Shown here: positions 39,487-48,372 of the stretch, in pieces
Position numbering within the stretch: position 1 is the stretch's first letter
Layout: every line of letters begins with the position of its first letter
Position numbers and translations under genes: made by a program
The notes under the pieces: generated by a model
Told to the model about the DNA's origin: nothing
The model's input: the letters and a program-made list of their open reading frames with translations, nothing else
Database searches by the model: none
Assembly: GCA_028688325.1 (NCBI GenBank)
Contig: JAQTYI010000001.1
Location: forward strand, 104,820 to 168,819
DNA: 64,000 nucleotides
DNA from: Candidatus Portnoybacteria bacterium
GTDB taxonomy: Bacteria; Patescibacteriota; Minisyncoccia; Portnoybacterales; GWB1-42-6
Reading direction: 5' to 3'

Positions 39487-40383
39487 CTATTTCTTTACCG
39501 GCTTAAACTCGCTCCATCCGAAAATCGCCGGATATTCCTTCCAAGGACCCTCGCACCGGCTAAAATACTTGCAGGAACGGCATTTGGCCGCCTTTTCTTT
39601 GCCGCTGTTGCGGCGATAATCGCCGTAATCGGCCACTGTGAAATTAGAGTCGTAGATGCTGGTCTTGGGCATGATATCTTCGGCCACGCATTGTTCATAT
39701 CCCCTCAAAAAACAGAACGGAACGGCTTCGGCGGTGACTCTTTTGCCGGCCTTGAGGCCGATCTCAAGGCCCTTTTTCAGATACGGCATTATCTCGCTTT
39801 TTTTAGGCACAAGCCACTTTTCGTTCTCCTTGGCCGAGCCCAGGATATGCACGAACGCGAATTGGAACTGGTCCACTCCCAAATCCACCAAAACCTTTGC
39901 CAGTTCCGGCAAAAATTTATAATTGCTGCTGGTGATAACGGAATTGGTCAAAACGAATTGGTTTAATTTTTTCAGGTTCTTGATGCCCCGCGTCGTTTGC
40001 TCAAAGCTCCCTTTGGCCGCCGTCAGAGAGTCATGGATCTTCGCATTGTGGCCATGAAGCGACGGGCCAAATTGCGTGGCTCCGGCCCTGATGGCCCGAA
40101 CGCAAAAATCAGGATACGCGAAAATCCGCCCGTTGCTCTGGATCTGAATTTCTTCAAAGCCGATCTTTTTGGCCGCCGCGATCAATTCGAGAAAATTAGT
40201 GTGTAAACTCGGCTCGCCGCCGGTGAAGACCACTTCCCTTTTTCCCGCCGCAAAAGCTTCTTGCAGCGAATCGACCACTTCCTTTTTGCTTTTGGACGGA
40301 AGGGTTTCCCGTTTCCTGCCTTGCACGCAAAAAACGCAGTGGTTGTTGCAGTTAAAGCCAACTTTTATGTCCACTCTTTCCAT
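39487..40383 (-). CDS. Radical SAM enzyme, paralog 7
   Basis: CNNHCVFC, GGEPSL, SNGRIF, AAKGSF, C-terminal CRSCKYFSRCEG. Confidence 0.8.
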   Translation of the reverse strand: MERVDIKVGFNCNNHCVFCVQGRKRETLPSKSKKEVVDSLQEAFAAGKREVVFTGGEPSLHTNFLELIAAAKKIGFEEIQIQSNGRIFAYPDFCVRAIRAGATQFGPSLHGHNAKIHDSLTAAKGSFEQTTRGIKNLKKLNQFVLTNSVITSSNYKFLPELAKVLVDLGVDQFQFAFVHILGSAKENEKWLVPKKSEIMPYLKKGLEIGLKAGKRVTAEAVPFCFLRGYEQCVAEDIMPKTSIYDSNFTVADYGDYRRNSGKEKAAKCRSCKYFSRCEGPWKEYPAIFGWSEFKPVKK

Positions 40384-40405
40384 ATATAAATATCGCTAAA
40401 AATAG

Positions 40406-40431
40406 ATACCGCGGCCCGACAGCCGCGGTAT
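40406..40431 (-). terminator. GC-rich hairpin plus U-run downstream of the 73-aa ORF
   Basis: ataccgcgg-cccgacag-ccgcggtat. On the minus strand it is followed by cuauuuuuag. Confidence 0.45.
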
Positions 40432-40469
40432 TGCGCCGTAAACATCAAAACCGGCCGGCTCCGGCAATG

Positions 40470-40691
40470 CTATTTCACTTCGTCTATCAATTTTACGATT
40501 TTGTCCTTGGTCCCGGGAATTTCTTCGTAAGGAAAATTGTTGATAAAAAGAAATGTCTCCAGTTCCTTTACCTGATCTCCCTGTTTGTCAAAAATGGTGA
40601 AGGTCGCCAAAAACGGCTCGCCTTTTTTCATTTTTTTGACTTTGGCCGTGAAGCTTTTATACATATCGTTGCCCGATTCTTTTTTCTTCAT
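40470..40691 (-). CDS. Small 73-aa protein with own promoter and terminator (candidate precursor or recognition element)
   Basis: MKKKESGNDMYKSFTAKVKKMKKGEPFLATFTIFDKQGDQVKELETFLFINNFPYEEIPGTKDKIVKLIDEVK. It has no Cys. Confidence 0.4.
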   Translation of the reverse strand: MKKKESGNDMYKSFTAKVKKMKKGEPFLATFTIFDKQGDQVKELETFLFINNFPYEEIPGTKDKIVKLIDEVK

Positions 40692-40724
40692 ATTGTTGTC
40701 TTTATTGGTTATCCTGTGGCTTTT

Positions 40725-40752
40725 ATTATACAGCTTAGAAAATTTATTTCAA
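40725..40752 (-). promoter_or_regulatory. Sigma70-like promoter for the 73-aa ORF
   Basis: On the minus strand: TTGAAA-N16-TATAAT, ending about 33 nt upstream of the ATG. It overlaps the rSAM paralog 8 stop. Confidence 0.4.
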
Positions 40753-41751
40753 CAGAGAATCCCTTTCCGCAAAAAAGATCCTAAAATCGTCGATTTTTTT
40801 CCCCTTCACGGGCTTCAGCTCCCCGAAGCCGTAAAAATCCGCGTAGCCCTCCCTGATGCCGTAACAGATATTGTCGTAGCGGCATCCGGCGCATCCTTTA
40901 TCCTTGCGGTCATGGGCGTTTTTGGGCTCGATCGTGATGACAAAATTGGGGTTATCAATGACCGTTTTTTTCTGGACCTTCACCCAGATATTATATTTAT
41001 TCGCTTCGCCGAGCACGCAAAACGGCAGATGCTGGACGGAAATTTTAGTTTTACCGGAATTGGCTTGCAGCGCTTTTTTTATATATGGCACGGCGTCTGT
41101 CATTTTCGGCACAAGATTGCGGTGCCGCATCAGTTCTCCGGACATAATAGGAAAGCTCAAGGTGACGCTCGATTGCCCCAGCTTATCTCTCAATAAGCGC
41201 ACTACTTCGGGCAAATATTTATAGTTGCGGGCGGTAATGACAATATTTATGCTAACTCTCTGACCCAAATTACCCAAATTGATGATCCCTTGCTTAGCCC
41301 TGGTGAAAGAACCCGGAGAACAGGTCATTGAATCATATAGTTTCGCGTTATGGCCGTGAAAAGAAATGAAAAAATCATCGGCGCCGGCCTGAACCGTTTT
41401 TTCGGCAAAAGACAAATCGGAAAATTTCTGGCCGTTCGATTCCACGGCGATGGTCTCAAAACCGATGCTTTTGGCGTATTTTATTATCTCCAGGAAATCT
41501 TTTCTAACCGCCGCTTCGCCGCCCGTTATCCTGATTTTATGCGACAATTTCTTGAATTGATCCAGCCGGTTTTTTATTTCCGAAAGAGCCGGCTCTTTCC
41601 GGCCGCCGGGCTTGTTGGCGCTCACGGAACAAAACAGACAATTTTGGTTGCATCTGCCGGTTATATATATTTCCGGAACAAACAAGGCGCCTTTGTGATT
41701 TTCGGCTCTTGATTCGGATCGACTGTTGCCCGGTAATTGTTCTTTTTTCAT
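40744..41751 (-). CDS. Radical SAM enzyme, paralog 8
   Basis: CNQNCLFC, GGEAAV, SNGQKF, C-terminal CAGCRYDNICYG...GELKPV. Confidence 0.8.
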   Translation of the reverse strand: MKKEQLPGNSRSESRAENHKGALFVPEIYITGRCNQNCLFCSVSANKPGGRKEPALSEIKNRLDQFKKLSHKIRITGGEAAVRKDFLEIIKYAKSIGFETIAVESNGQKFSDLSFAEKTVQAGADDFFISFHGHNAKLYDSMTCSPGSFTRAKQGIINLGNLGQRVSINIVITARNYKYLPEVVRLLRDKLGQSSVTLSFPIMSGELMRHRNLVPKMTDAVPYIKKALQANSGKTKISVQHLPFCVLGEANKYNIWVKVQKKTVIDNPNFVITIEPKNAHDRKDKGCAGCRYDNICYGIREGYADFYGFGELKPVKGKKIDDFRIFFAERDSLLK

Positions 41752-41778
41752 ATTTTAACGCCCGGCTTTTTCCATTGA

Positions 41779-42696
41779 TTATTTTAAAATCGCTTTCAAT
41801 TTTCCCGTCCCGAATTCCTCCAGATCGCTTTTGGCAAAACCATCGCAGAAAGAATCGGCCTTGCACTTTTTACATATGGCCGCCTTGCTTTTCAACCGAT
41901 AGATCGGCAGATCTTTTATTTTTGTTTTTAATTTTCTTTCCGGCTGGCAGTATTTTCCATGGTCCGGCGGCAAGCAATTATTGATGATGTTGTTTTTTAT
42001 TTCTCCAAAAACACAAAAAGGAATTTCCATAAAACGAACCGTCTTGCCGTGTTTCCGGGAGTATTCCGCCGCTTTCTTTACATAAGGCGGCAGATCCTTT
42101 ATCGGGATATAATATTCGTGGTTGTTCCCCTCCACCTTTTTTCTGAAGGGTATAGACAAATAATAATCAACAATTGCCAATTCGTCCATTAATCTTAACC
42201 AATCCGCTAAATCGTTCTTATTTTGCTCCATGATCAAATTGGATACCTGTATCTCGATTGCCGGTGCAAGTTTTTTTATGGTGCGGAGCCCCTTTAAGAC
42301 CGAATCGAAGCTCCCTTTTCTTCTGGTGATCAAATCGTGTATCTCTTTATTTGACCCGTAAACGGGGACCCTTAATTTATCGACGCCGGTTTTTATTAAT
42401 TTTTTTAAAAAATCCTCTTCCCCCAGTTTGTTGCCGTGGCTGGAAAGCTGCACGAATCCAAATCCGATATTTTTCGCATATTTTATCAGCCTTAAGATCC
42501 CGCCGTACTCGATCGGATCCGCTCCTGATATTTCCAGCCGCCCCAGGCCCTTTTGTTTGAATTCAAGCAAACACTTGAAAACATTGATCTCTTGCTTTTC
42601 CAGTTCGGTTCGGCTGGCTTTCGGCACCCTTCGACAAAAAACACAATGGTTTTCGCATGAGGGATTGATGATTACGCCCCCTGTTTCTTTTTTCAT
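41779..42696 (-). CDS. Radical SAM enzyme, paralog 9
   Basis: CENHCVFC, C-terminal CKKCKADSFCDG. Confidence 0.75.
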   Translation of the reverse strand: MKKETGGVIINPSCENHCVFCRRVPKASRTELEKQEINVFKCLLEFKQKGLGRLEISGADPIEYGGILRLIKYAKNIGFGFVQLSSHGNKLGEEDFLKKLIKTGVDKLRVPVYGSNKEIHDLITRRKGSFDSVLKGLRTIKKLAPAIEIQVSNLIMEQNKNDLADWLRLMDELAIVDYYLSIPFRKKVEGNNHEYYIPIKDLPPYVKKAAEYSRKHGKTVRFMEIPFCVFGEIKNNIINNCLPPDHGKYCQPERKLKTKIKDLPIYRLKSKAAICKKCKADSFCDGFAKSDLEEFGTGKLKAILK

Positions 42697-42703
42697 ATCT
42701 TTA

Positions 42704-44044
42704 TTAAATCAGCGGATCTCGGGCCGACCATCGGCCGCCGGCCAATTTGGCCGCGTGCCGGCTGCCGCCGCGGCACTTATATCTGAAGTCGCAATTATCG
42801 CACCCTTTGGGCAAAAATCCCAGCGAGCGCATTTTTTTCATGAAGGGATGGCGCCAGGCCTTTAAAATTTCCAAAGGGCCGGCCAGCTTCTTGTCGATAA
42901 AATAATGCGGCTTGACAAATCCCCGCGGGTCGACCACCAGGCGGCTGTGGCCTTCATCAAATAAAGCGCCCGAGCTTATCGCGTTCATTTTGTTCCGGTC
43001 CTCTATCACACAGAACGGAACGGAATTGGCAATGGAAATTATTTTATCCGTCCGGTTTCTCAACTGAAAAATTTTATCAACCAGAGCACTTAAATCCGCT
43101 CGGCTGAGCTCGGCTTGCTTGCTAATGAACGCCGGCCGGTAAAATTCCCACTCGTCGATCGGCAAAGCTAAAATAAATTCGGCCATTTTGTCAAAATTTA
43201 AAATGGCATCGCGGCTGACCACGCTCCCCGCCCTCACCTTTGGAACTCCGGCTTTTTTCAATGAAGTTGCCGCTTTTGTCTTTTTTTCCAAAGCATCAGG
43301 AAAGCCGCAAAGTTTCTCCTCGATTTTATTATCACAACTTTCTATCGGTATCAAAATATTATCGACTAAGCCGGTCAGCTTTTTAATTGTTCGCTCATCC
43401 AATAAAGAACCGTTGGTATTAAGCCGCGTTTCCAGCTTCTTTTTCTTGGCGTAACGCAAAAGTTCAAAAATATCCGCTCTGAGCATGGGCTCACCGCCCG
43501 TAAACCTGATAATTTTTACGCCCGCTTTAGCAACGCTGTCAATAATTTTTTTCACATATTGCGTACTGAAAGGCCTGACATTCCTGCCTTGTTTGGCAAA
43601 AGATATTTTATTGAAACAAAATTGACAATTGAAATTACACTTGGGTTCAACTTCAACCATAACCTCAACAGGCAGATCTTTGATCGGCTTAATCTCTTGA
43701 TTGCCGTATTTTTTAAAATAACCGGCTGGGAAACCCGCGCAATCCTTAAAATATTTACACTGACGGCAATCGACTGTTTTTTTTCTCCTACGAGCTCCTT
43801 TTTCCGGCAAAATGTGGTCCCGTGATCTTTCATTGACAACGCAAAAAGGAAACCCTTTCAGCCAGACCTCCAGATGGTCTTCTTTATCCAAAGCATGATA
43901 AACCGATGGAATGATCGCGGAAAATTGCGGCAAAACGGCCGCCCGCTTGTTCACCGTTATTTCCAGCTTGCCGCCCCTCTTGGCGGCGATATCGGCCGCC
44001 GCCGGGATTTTTGCATGGTTGGATTTATCCGTTATGAATATCAT
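42704..44044 (-). CDS. Radical SAM enzyme, paralog 10, with extra N-terminal copy of the Cys-rich C-terminal domain (fusion)
   Basis: N-terminal FPFCVV...CRQCKYFKDCAG...YGNQEIKPI, then the core CNFNCQFC, GGEPML, TNGSLL, and a C-terminal CDNCDFRYKCRGG. Confidence 0.75.
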   Translation of the reverse strand: MIFITDKSNHAKIPAAADIAAKRGGKLEITVNKRAAVLPQFSAIIPSVYHALDKEDHLEVWLKGFPFCVVNERSRDHILPEKGARRRKKTVDCRQCKYFKDCAGFPAGYFKKYGNQEIKPIKDLPVEVMVEVEPKCNFNCQFCFNKISFAKQGRNVRPFSTQYVKKIIDSVAKAGVKIIRFTGGEPMLRADIFELLRYAKKKKLETRLNTNGSLLDERTIKKLTGLVDNILIPIESCDNKIEEKLCGFPDALEKKTKAATSLKKAGVPKVRAGSVVSRDAILNFDKMAEFILALPIDEWEFYRPAFISKQAELSRADLSALVDKIFQLRNRTDKIISIANSVPFCVIEDRNKMNAISSGALFDEGHSRLVVDPRGFVKPHYFIDKKLAGPLEILKAWRHPFMKKMRSLGFLPKGCDNCDFRYKCRGGSRHAAKLAGGRWSARDPLI

Positions 44045-45036
44045 TTTTCCGTTCCGGTTAAATTTTTATCACGGTCTTGCGCCAATTTTTTATAAACCGC
44101 CGCGCAATAATCGCATCTGTAACATTCGCTCTTGCAGCTTAATATTTTTTTATGGAAAGCCGCGGGTAATTTGTCAGTGGTGATGCCCAAAGGAGATTTT
44201 TTGCTGGTAAAAACGGCGCTAACATCCATCGGTTCGCCAAAAACATAATACCTGATCATTTTTTCCAACATATCGACGGGCGTGTCCCGGCCGACCAATT
44301 TGAAGAACTTCGCCTTGTAGTACGGCAGCATCTCCCTGGTAACAAACGGCGATCTTAAAACATTGGCGGGATCGTTGGCAAAAAAAGAATTGCAGAGGCT
44401 CTTTATTTTTGCCAGGGGCTGGCTCTGATCGGAAAAGTGCGCCAGAGTGATGAAAGTGCCGTGGTCGCCCGAGAGCGAACAGCGAGGCGCGCAACCTTCA
44501 TTGAGCATCACATCGGCGTCCACGCCGATTGAATCAGCGTAATCTATGATCCTATTGACCAACTTATAGTCGCGGTTGATATCTCTGTCTATTACAAGAT
44601 ATTTTATTTCCGGGAACCTGGACTTGATGCTGTGCAAATGCTGAGGCGTACCAACCCGATAAGTGACACTCACGCCTTTCTGGAAATTCCCAAAATTCTT
44701 ATGCGCGAACAAAACCATGGAGGCAAAGATCAGGACGGTATGCTTGCTACTATAAGGCGTCAGATCGACCGCGTCGTAATCAAAACCTCCTTGAAGATCG
44801 TGCGGAGTTGCGTTGAACAAAATGTTGAATCTTTTATTATTTTTAAGACACCACTTATATACCCTGTCGAAAAAATCTTCAGAAGGAGAAAGCAGCACCC
44901 GGCCGGAGGGAGCATTTTGCCAACCCAAATATACTCCACCTATGAATTTCTTATATTTTTCCAAGATGCGGAAATATCCCTCGTCGTCCTTGCCTATAGG
45001 CATCAAAAAACGGTTATTCAAAAAATTTTGAGTCAT
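44041..45036 (-). CDS. Hypothetical protein with C-terminal CxxxCxxCxxC
   Basis: 331 aa. NEGCAPRCSLSG and CKSECYRCDYC. A weak resemblance to U32-type proteins is not established. Confidence 0.35.
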   Translation of the reverse strand: MTQNFLNNRFLMPIGKDDEGYFRILEKYKKFIGGVYLGWQNAPSGRVLLSPSEDFFDRVYKWCLKNNKRFNILFNATPHDLQGGFDYDAVDLTPYSSKHTVLIFASMVLFAHKNFGNFQKGVSVTYRVGTPQHLHSIKSRFPEIKYLVIDRDINRDYKLVNRIIDYADSIGVDADVMLNEGCAPRCSLSGDHGTFITLAHFSDQSQPLAKIKSLCNSFFANDPANVLRSPFVTREMLPYYKAKFFKLVGRDTPVDMLEKMIRYYVFGEPMDVSAVFTSKKSPLGITTDKLPAAFHKKILSCKSECYRCDYCAAVYKKLAQDRDKNLTGTEK

Positions 45037-45041
45037 GGCGG

Positions 45042-45989
45042 TTAATTTCCGATACGGCTGAAATTATTTTTTATGGTTTTTGGCGGCCAACAGAACATCG
45101 GATGAAAGCAGGCCTCGTCGCAACAAGGGCATTGTTCATGCTGCCCCAAGTCCTTTATTTTTTTAACATAAACGCCTTTGGCGACATTTCCTATTTCCCG
45201 GGTGCTGTTAAAACAGGGATACACCGACCCATCCGGCCTAACATCGGCAAAAATGTTTCCGGCCAGGCATTTATCCATCAGCGGCATCTTGCCTGTTTTT
45301 AAATATTCGCCTTGCGCCTTTAAAAATGGATCATCCGAGCCGCAATTTTTTATGAAATCGACAACCAGCGCCTTTTGCTTGCCAGAAAATTCAAGCCGCT
45401 TTTCATGATTATAATGGTAAACGCTGTTATAAAACGGCCTGAAAGAAAAAGCACTGCCGGTTTGGACCGCGATTTTTTTAATATGATTAAGAGAGCGTCG
45501 ATTGCAATTTAGATGTGTTAAAGTGGTTAAAATAACCGTCTGTAGCCGAGGCGCCGCTGCTCGACAAAGCTTTAAAGTCAGGAGCGCAGAATTATAGCTG
45601 TCAATGCCTCTGATCTTTTTATTAGTCACCCCGTCTCCTTCCAAAGAAACGGCCAAGCGCAAGGTTTTTATCTGTTGATTTTTATTCAATTTTTTAAATA
45701 ATTCAGCCGCTTTTAAGGGAGAAGTGCCGTTGGTCGTTAAAAGAAACTTCGTAACCTTGGGCATGGAGCGCAAAATAGTTTTAATAATCTGCTCTATGTC
45801 TTTTCTCAAAAATGCCTCTCCTCCGGAAATAAAAAATTCTTCCACTTCTTGAAATTCCGGTTGGGAAAATAATTTTTTATATTGAGAAGCGCTAACTTCT
45901 CGACCCGTTGCTTGTTCCTTCCAAAGATGACAAATCAAACAACGACTGTTGCATTTTCTGGTAACTCTAATTCCCAAGCTTTTTAACAT
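45042..45989 (-). CDS. Radical SAM enzyme, paralog 11
   Basis: CNSRCLIC, GGEAFL, TNGTSP. C-terminal Cys residues CPCCDEAC. Confidence 0.75.
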   Translation of the reverse strand: MLKSLGIRVTRKCNSRCLICHLWKEQATGREVSASQYKKLFSQPEFQEVEEFFISGGEAFLRKDIEQIIKTILRSMPKVTKFLLTTNGTSPLKAAELFKKLNKNQQIKTLRLAVSLEGDGVTNKKIRGIDSYNSALLTLKLCRAAAPRLQTVILTTLTHLNCNRRSLNHIKKIAVQTGSAFSFRPFYNSVYHYNHEKRLEFSGKQKALVVDFIKNCGSDDPFLKAQGEYLKTGKMPLMDKCLAGNIFADVRPDGSVYPCFNSTREIGNVAKGVYVKKIKDLGQHEQCPCCDEACFHPMFCWPPKTIKNNFSRIGN

Positions 45990-46038
45990 TGTTTTTTATT
46001 AAATTCGCTTCTGTCCGCACAAAGAACCTCCCCGATTT

Positions 46039-47262
46039 TTAACCGAAATTCTCGTTGATAGAACCAATCACCGTTCCCAGCGCTTTATTTAAAATATTTT
46101 TTCTAATATTAAGTGGCGGCTGCACAAACAGCATGTTATCGGAATAATTTTTAAAAAGCAGCACGCCCTTTTTTAAACAATCATTAAAAATCTTTCTGGC
46201 GTCATTGTTGTTAAAAAATTCTATCGCGATAATCAGCCCCTTTCCTCTAATCTCTTTGACTGCCTTGTTTTTACTCAAACTTTTTTTTAAAAAACCGAGG
46301 GTCAAGCGTCCCAGATCACAGCTGTTTTTTGCCAGTTTTTCCTCTTCAATGATGTTAATATTTTCCAGGGCAACGGCGCACGCCAAAGGAGACCAGGCGA
46401 AAGTCGACATATAAACAAAGTTACCGATAAGTTCTTTTCTGGAAACCACCGCCGATATTGGAGCGTAACCGCTGCCAAGCCCCTTGGCCAAACAAACCAT
46501 ATCCGGACAAATACTGAAATGCTCGAAAGAAAACATTTTGCCAGTCCGGCCAAAACCCGTCAAAACCTCGTCAAAGATAAGTAAGGTTCCGTATCGCCGG
46601 CACATTTTAAGAACTTCTTTGAAAAAACCATCCGGAAAATTAAAACAGCCGGCGCTGGTCACGACTCCCTCCGCTACAAATCCCGCGCAGCCCCCCCGCT
46701 TAAGCTCCTTTTCTATGGACTTTAAAGTTTTTTTAAAATCAGCGGGAAGGGCGCGGCCTTTGTTCAAAGAAGACGGATGTTTGATAGTGGCAAAGCGCGC
46801 TAATATCGGCGTAAATTCTTTGGTCAGCCGGTTCTCCCCTCCCAAAGACATAGCGGCGAAAGTATGGCCGTGGTAGGCACCCTTAAAACTCAAAAATTTG
46901 CTCCGCCCTGTTTGGCGCGCGGCGATTTTCATGGCGATTTCCACCGCTTCGCTCCCGGTCGTGGCGCGCAAAACCGAATCAAAACCCGCCGGGAACAGAC
47001 CTAAAATCTTTTTGGCCAATAAGATCGATTCGCTGGTTTCCTGTAATTGCGGCGAAAATATGTTTTTTTCGGCCTGCCGGCGCATCACTTCCTTCATCCT
47101 ATGACTGTTGTACCCCACGGCCACCACGCCGGCGCTGGCCGACAGATCAACATATTTTTTATTGTTTTCATCGTAAAGATAAACATCGTCCGTCCGGACG
47201 ATTTTCAAGCCGGGCAGATTGCAAGGATAAAGATATGATTCTTTTTTCGGTTTCGTTTTCAT
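46039..47262 (-). CDS. Class III PLP-dependent aminotransferase
   Basis: DEVLTGFGRTG motif. 407 aa. Confidence 0.75.
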   Translation of the reverse strand: MKTKPKKESYLYPCNLPGLKIVRTDDVYLYDENNKKYVDLSASAGVVAVGYNSHRMKEVMRRQAEKNIFSPQLQETSESILLAKKILGLFPAGFDSVLRATTGSEAVEIAMKIAARQTGRSKFLSFKGAYHGHTFAAMSLGGENRLTKEFTPILARFATIKHPSSLNKGRALPADFKKTLKSIEKELKRGGCAGFVAEGVVTSAGCFNFPDGFFKEVLKMCRRYGTLLIFDEVLTGFGRTGKMFSFEHFSICPDMVCLAKGLGSGYAPISAVVSRKELIGNFVYMSTFAWSPLACAVALENINIIEEEKLAKNSCDLGRLTLGFLKKSLSKNKAVKEIRGKGLIIAIEFFNNNDARKIFNDCLKKGVLLFKNYSDNMLFVQPPLNIRKNILNKALGTVIGSINENFG

Positions 47263-47272
47263 TAAAATAAGT

Positions 47273-48355
47273 TTACCGACGCTTTTTATTCTTTAAGACC
47301 AGCGGCCGGATAATATCTTCGTATTTTTTTACCCAATCGTTGATGGAAAAATTATTTTCGGCGTATCGCCTGACTCCCCGCCGGTTGATATTCCCTATTT
47401 TTTTTATCGCCCGGGCCATTGCTTCTATATCCCCGTCGGGAACTATATAGCCGCTAACCTTGTCTTCCACAACTTCCCTTACCGCCGCCCGGTCAAAAGC
47501 AATGACGGGCGCGCCACAAGCCATTGATTCCACCAAAACTAAGCCGAAGGGCTCATCCCATTGGATCGGAAAAAGGGTCGCTGCGGCTTTTTGAAAAAGC
47601 TTAATCTTTGTCTTAAAATCCACTTCTCCCGAATAAACAATGTTTTTATTGTCAATATGCGGTTTTATGAGATCGTTGAAATAAGAAAGGTTGGACGGGC
47701 TGATGCCGCCGGCGATGATCAGTTTCCTGCCCGCCCTTTTGGCGGCCTCGATCGCCAAATGAACTCCTTTTTCCGGGCAAATCCTGCCGATAAACAGCAA
47801 ATGTTCTTTTTTTGAAAAAGACAAGGGAAAATCCTTAAAATCAAAAGATGGATAAAACGGTTCCAGATAATTGAGTCCCGGCATCGCGCTTTTTATGAAA
47901 TCGGACATCGGCAAATAATGAACATTTTTTATCCCTGATATGGATTTTTTTAAATAAGGAAAAATTTCTTTGTGGGGATAATTTATTTGAATTACTATCG
48001 GTATTTCTGACTGCCCGGCAAAGGGCAGAATTTTATAAAAAACATGGTCATTGAACTGAATCAGGTCAAAATTTTTCTGCCGGCCGGAACTGAAAAAATC
48101 GGCCAGCGCCACGGTATCGTAAAAATTATTGACTCTTTCTTCCAGCTGACCCCTTTCCAATTTTGCAATAGTGGAAAATGGAGAAATTTTCTCAACTTTT
48201 GCTCCTTTTATCTTTGACCCGGGCGCGGCAAAAAGAACGATCTTGTGGCCTCTTTTTACCAGCTCTTTTATCAAATAAAATGCCGGCTGTTCTATTCCGC
48301 CGGTTTTTGGCGGCGGCACGATATTTCTTGAAGACATAAAAAAAGCGATTTTCAT
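47273..48355 (-). CDS. GT-B glycosyltransferase (GT4-like)
   Basis: EPFGLVLVESMACGAPVI motif. Confidence 0.7.
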   Translation of the reverse strand: MKIAFFMSSRNIVPPPKTGGIEQPAFYLIKELVKRGHKIVLFAAPGSKIKGAKVEKISPFSTIAKLERGQLEERVNNFYDTVALADFFSSGRQKNFDLIQFNDHVFYKILPFAGQSEIPIVIQINYPHKEIFPYLKKSISGIKNVHYLPMSDFIKSAMPGLNYLEPFYPSFDFKDFPLSFSKKEHLLFIGRICPEKGVHLAIEAAKRAGRKLIIAGGISPSNLSYFNDLIKPHIDNKNIVYSGEVDFKTKIKLFQKAAATLFPIQWDEPFGLVLVESMACGAPVIAFDRAAVREVVEDKVSGYIVPDGDIEAMARAIKKIGNINRRGVRRYAENNFSINDWVKKYEDIIRPLVLKNKKRR

Positions 48356-48372
48356 TGGAGCGAAGTAAAAAA

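Noticed and set aside
44041-45036. Assignment of the 331-aa protein as a U32 peptidase.
   Set aside because: Only a partial resemblance to the U32 Cys signature. It is not strong enough to call.
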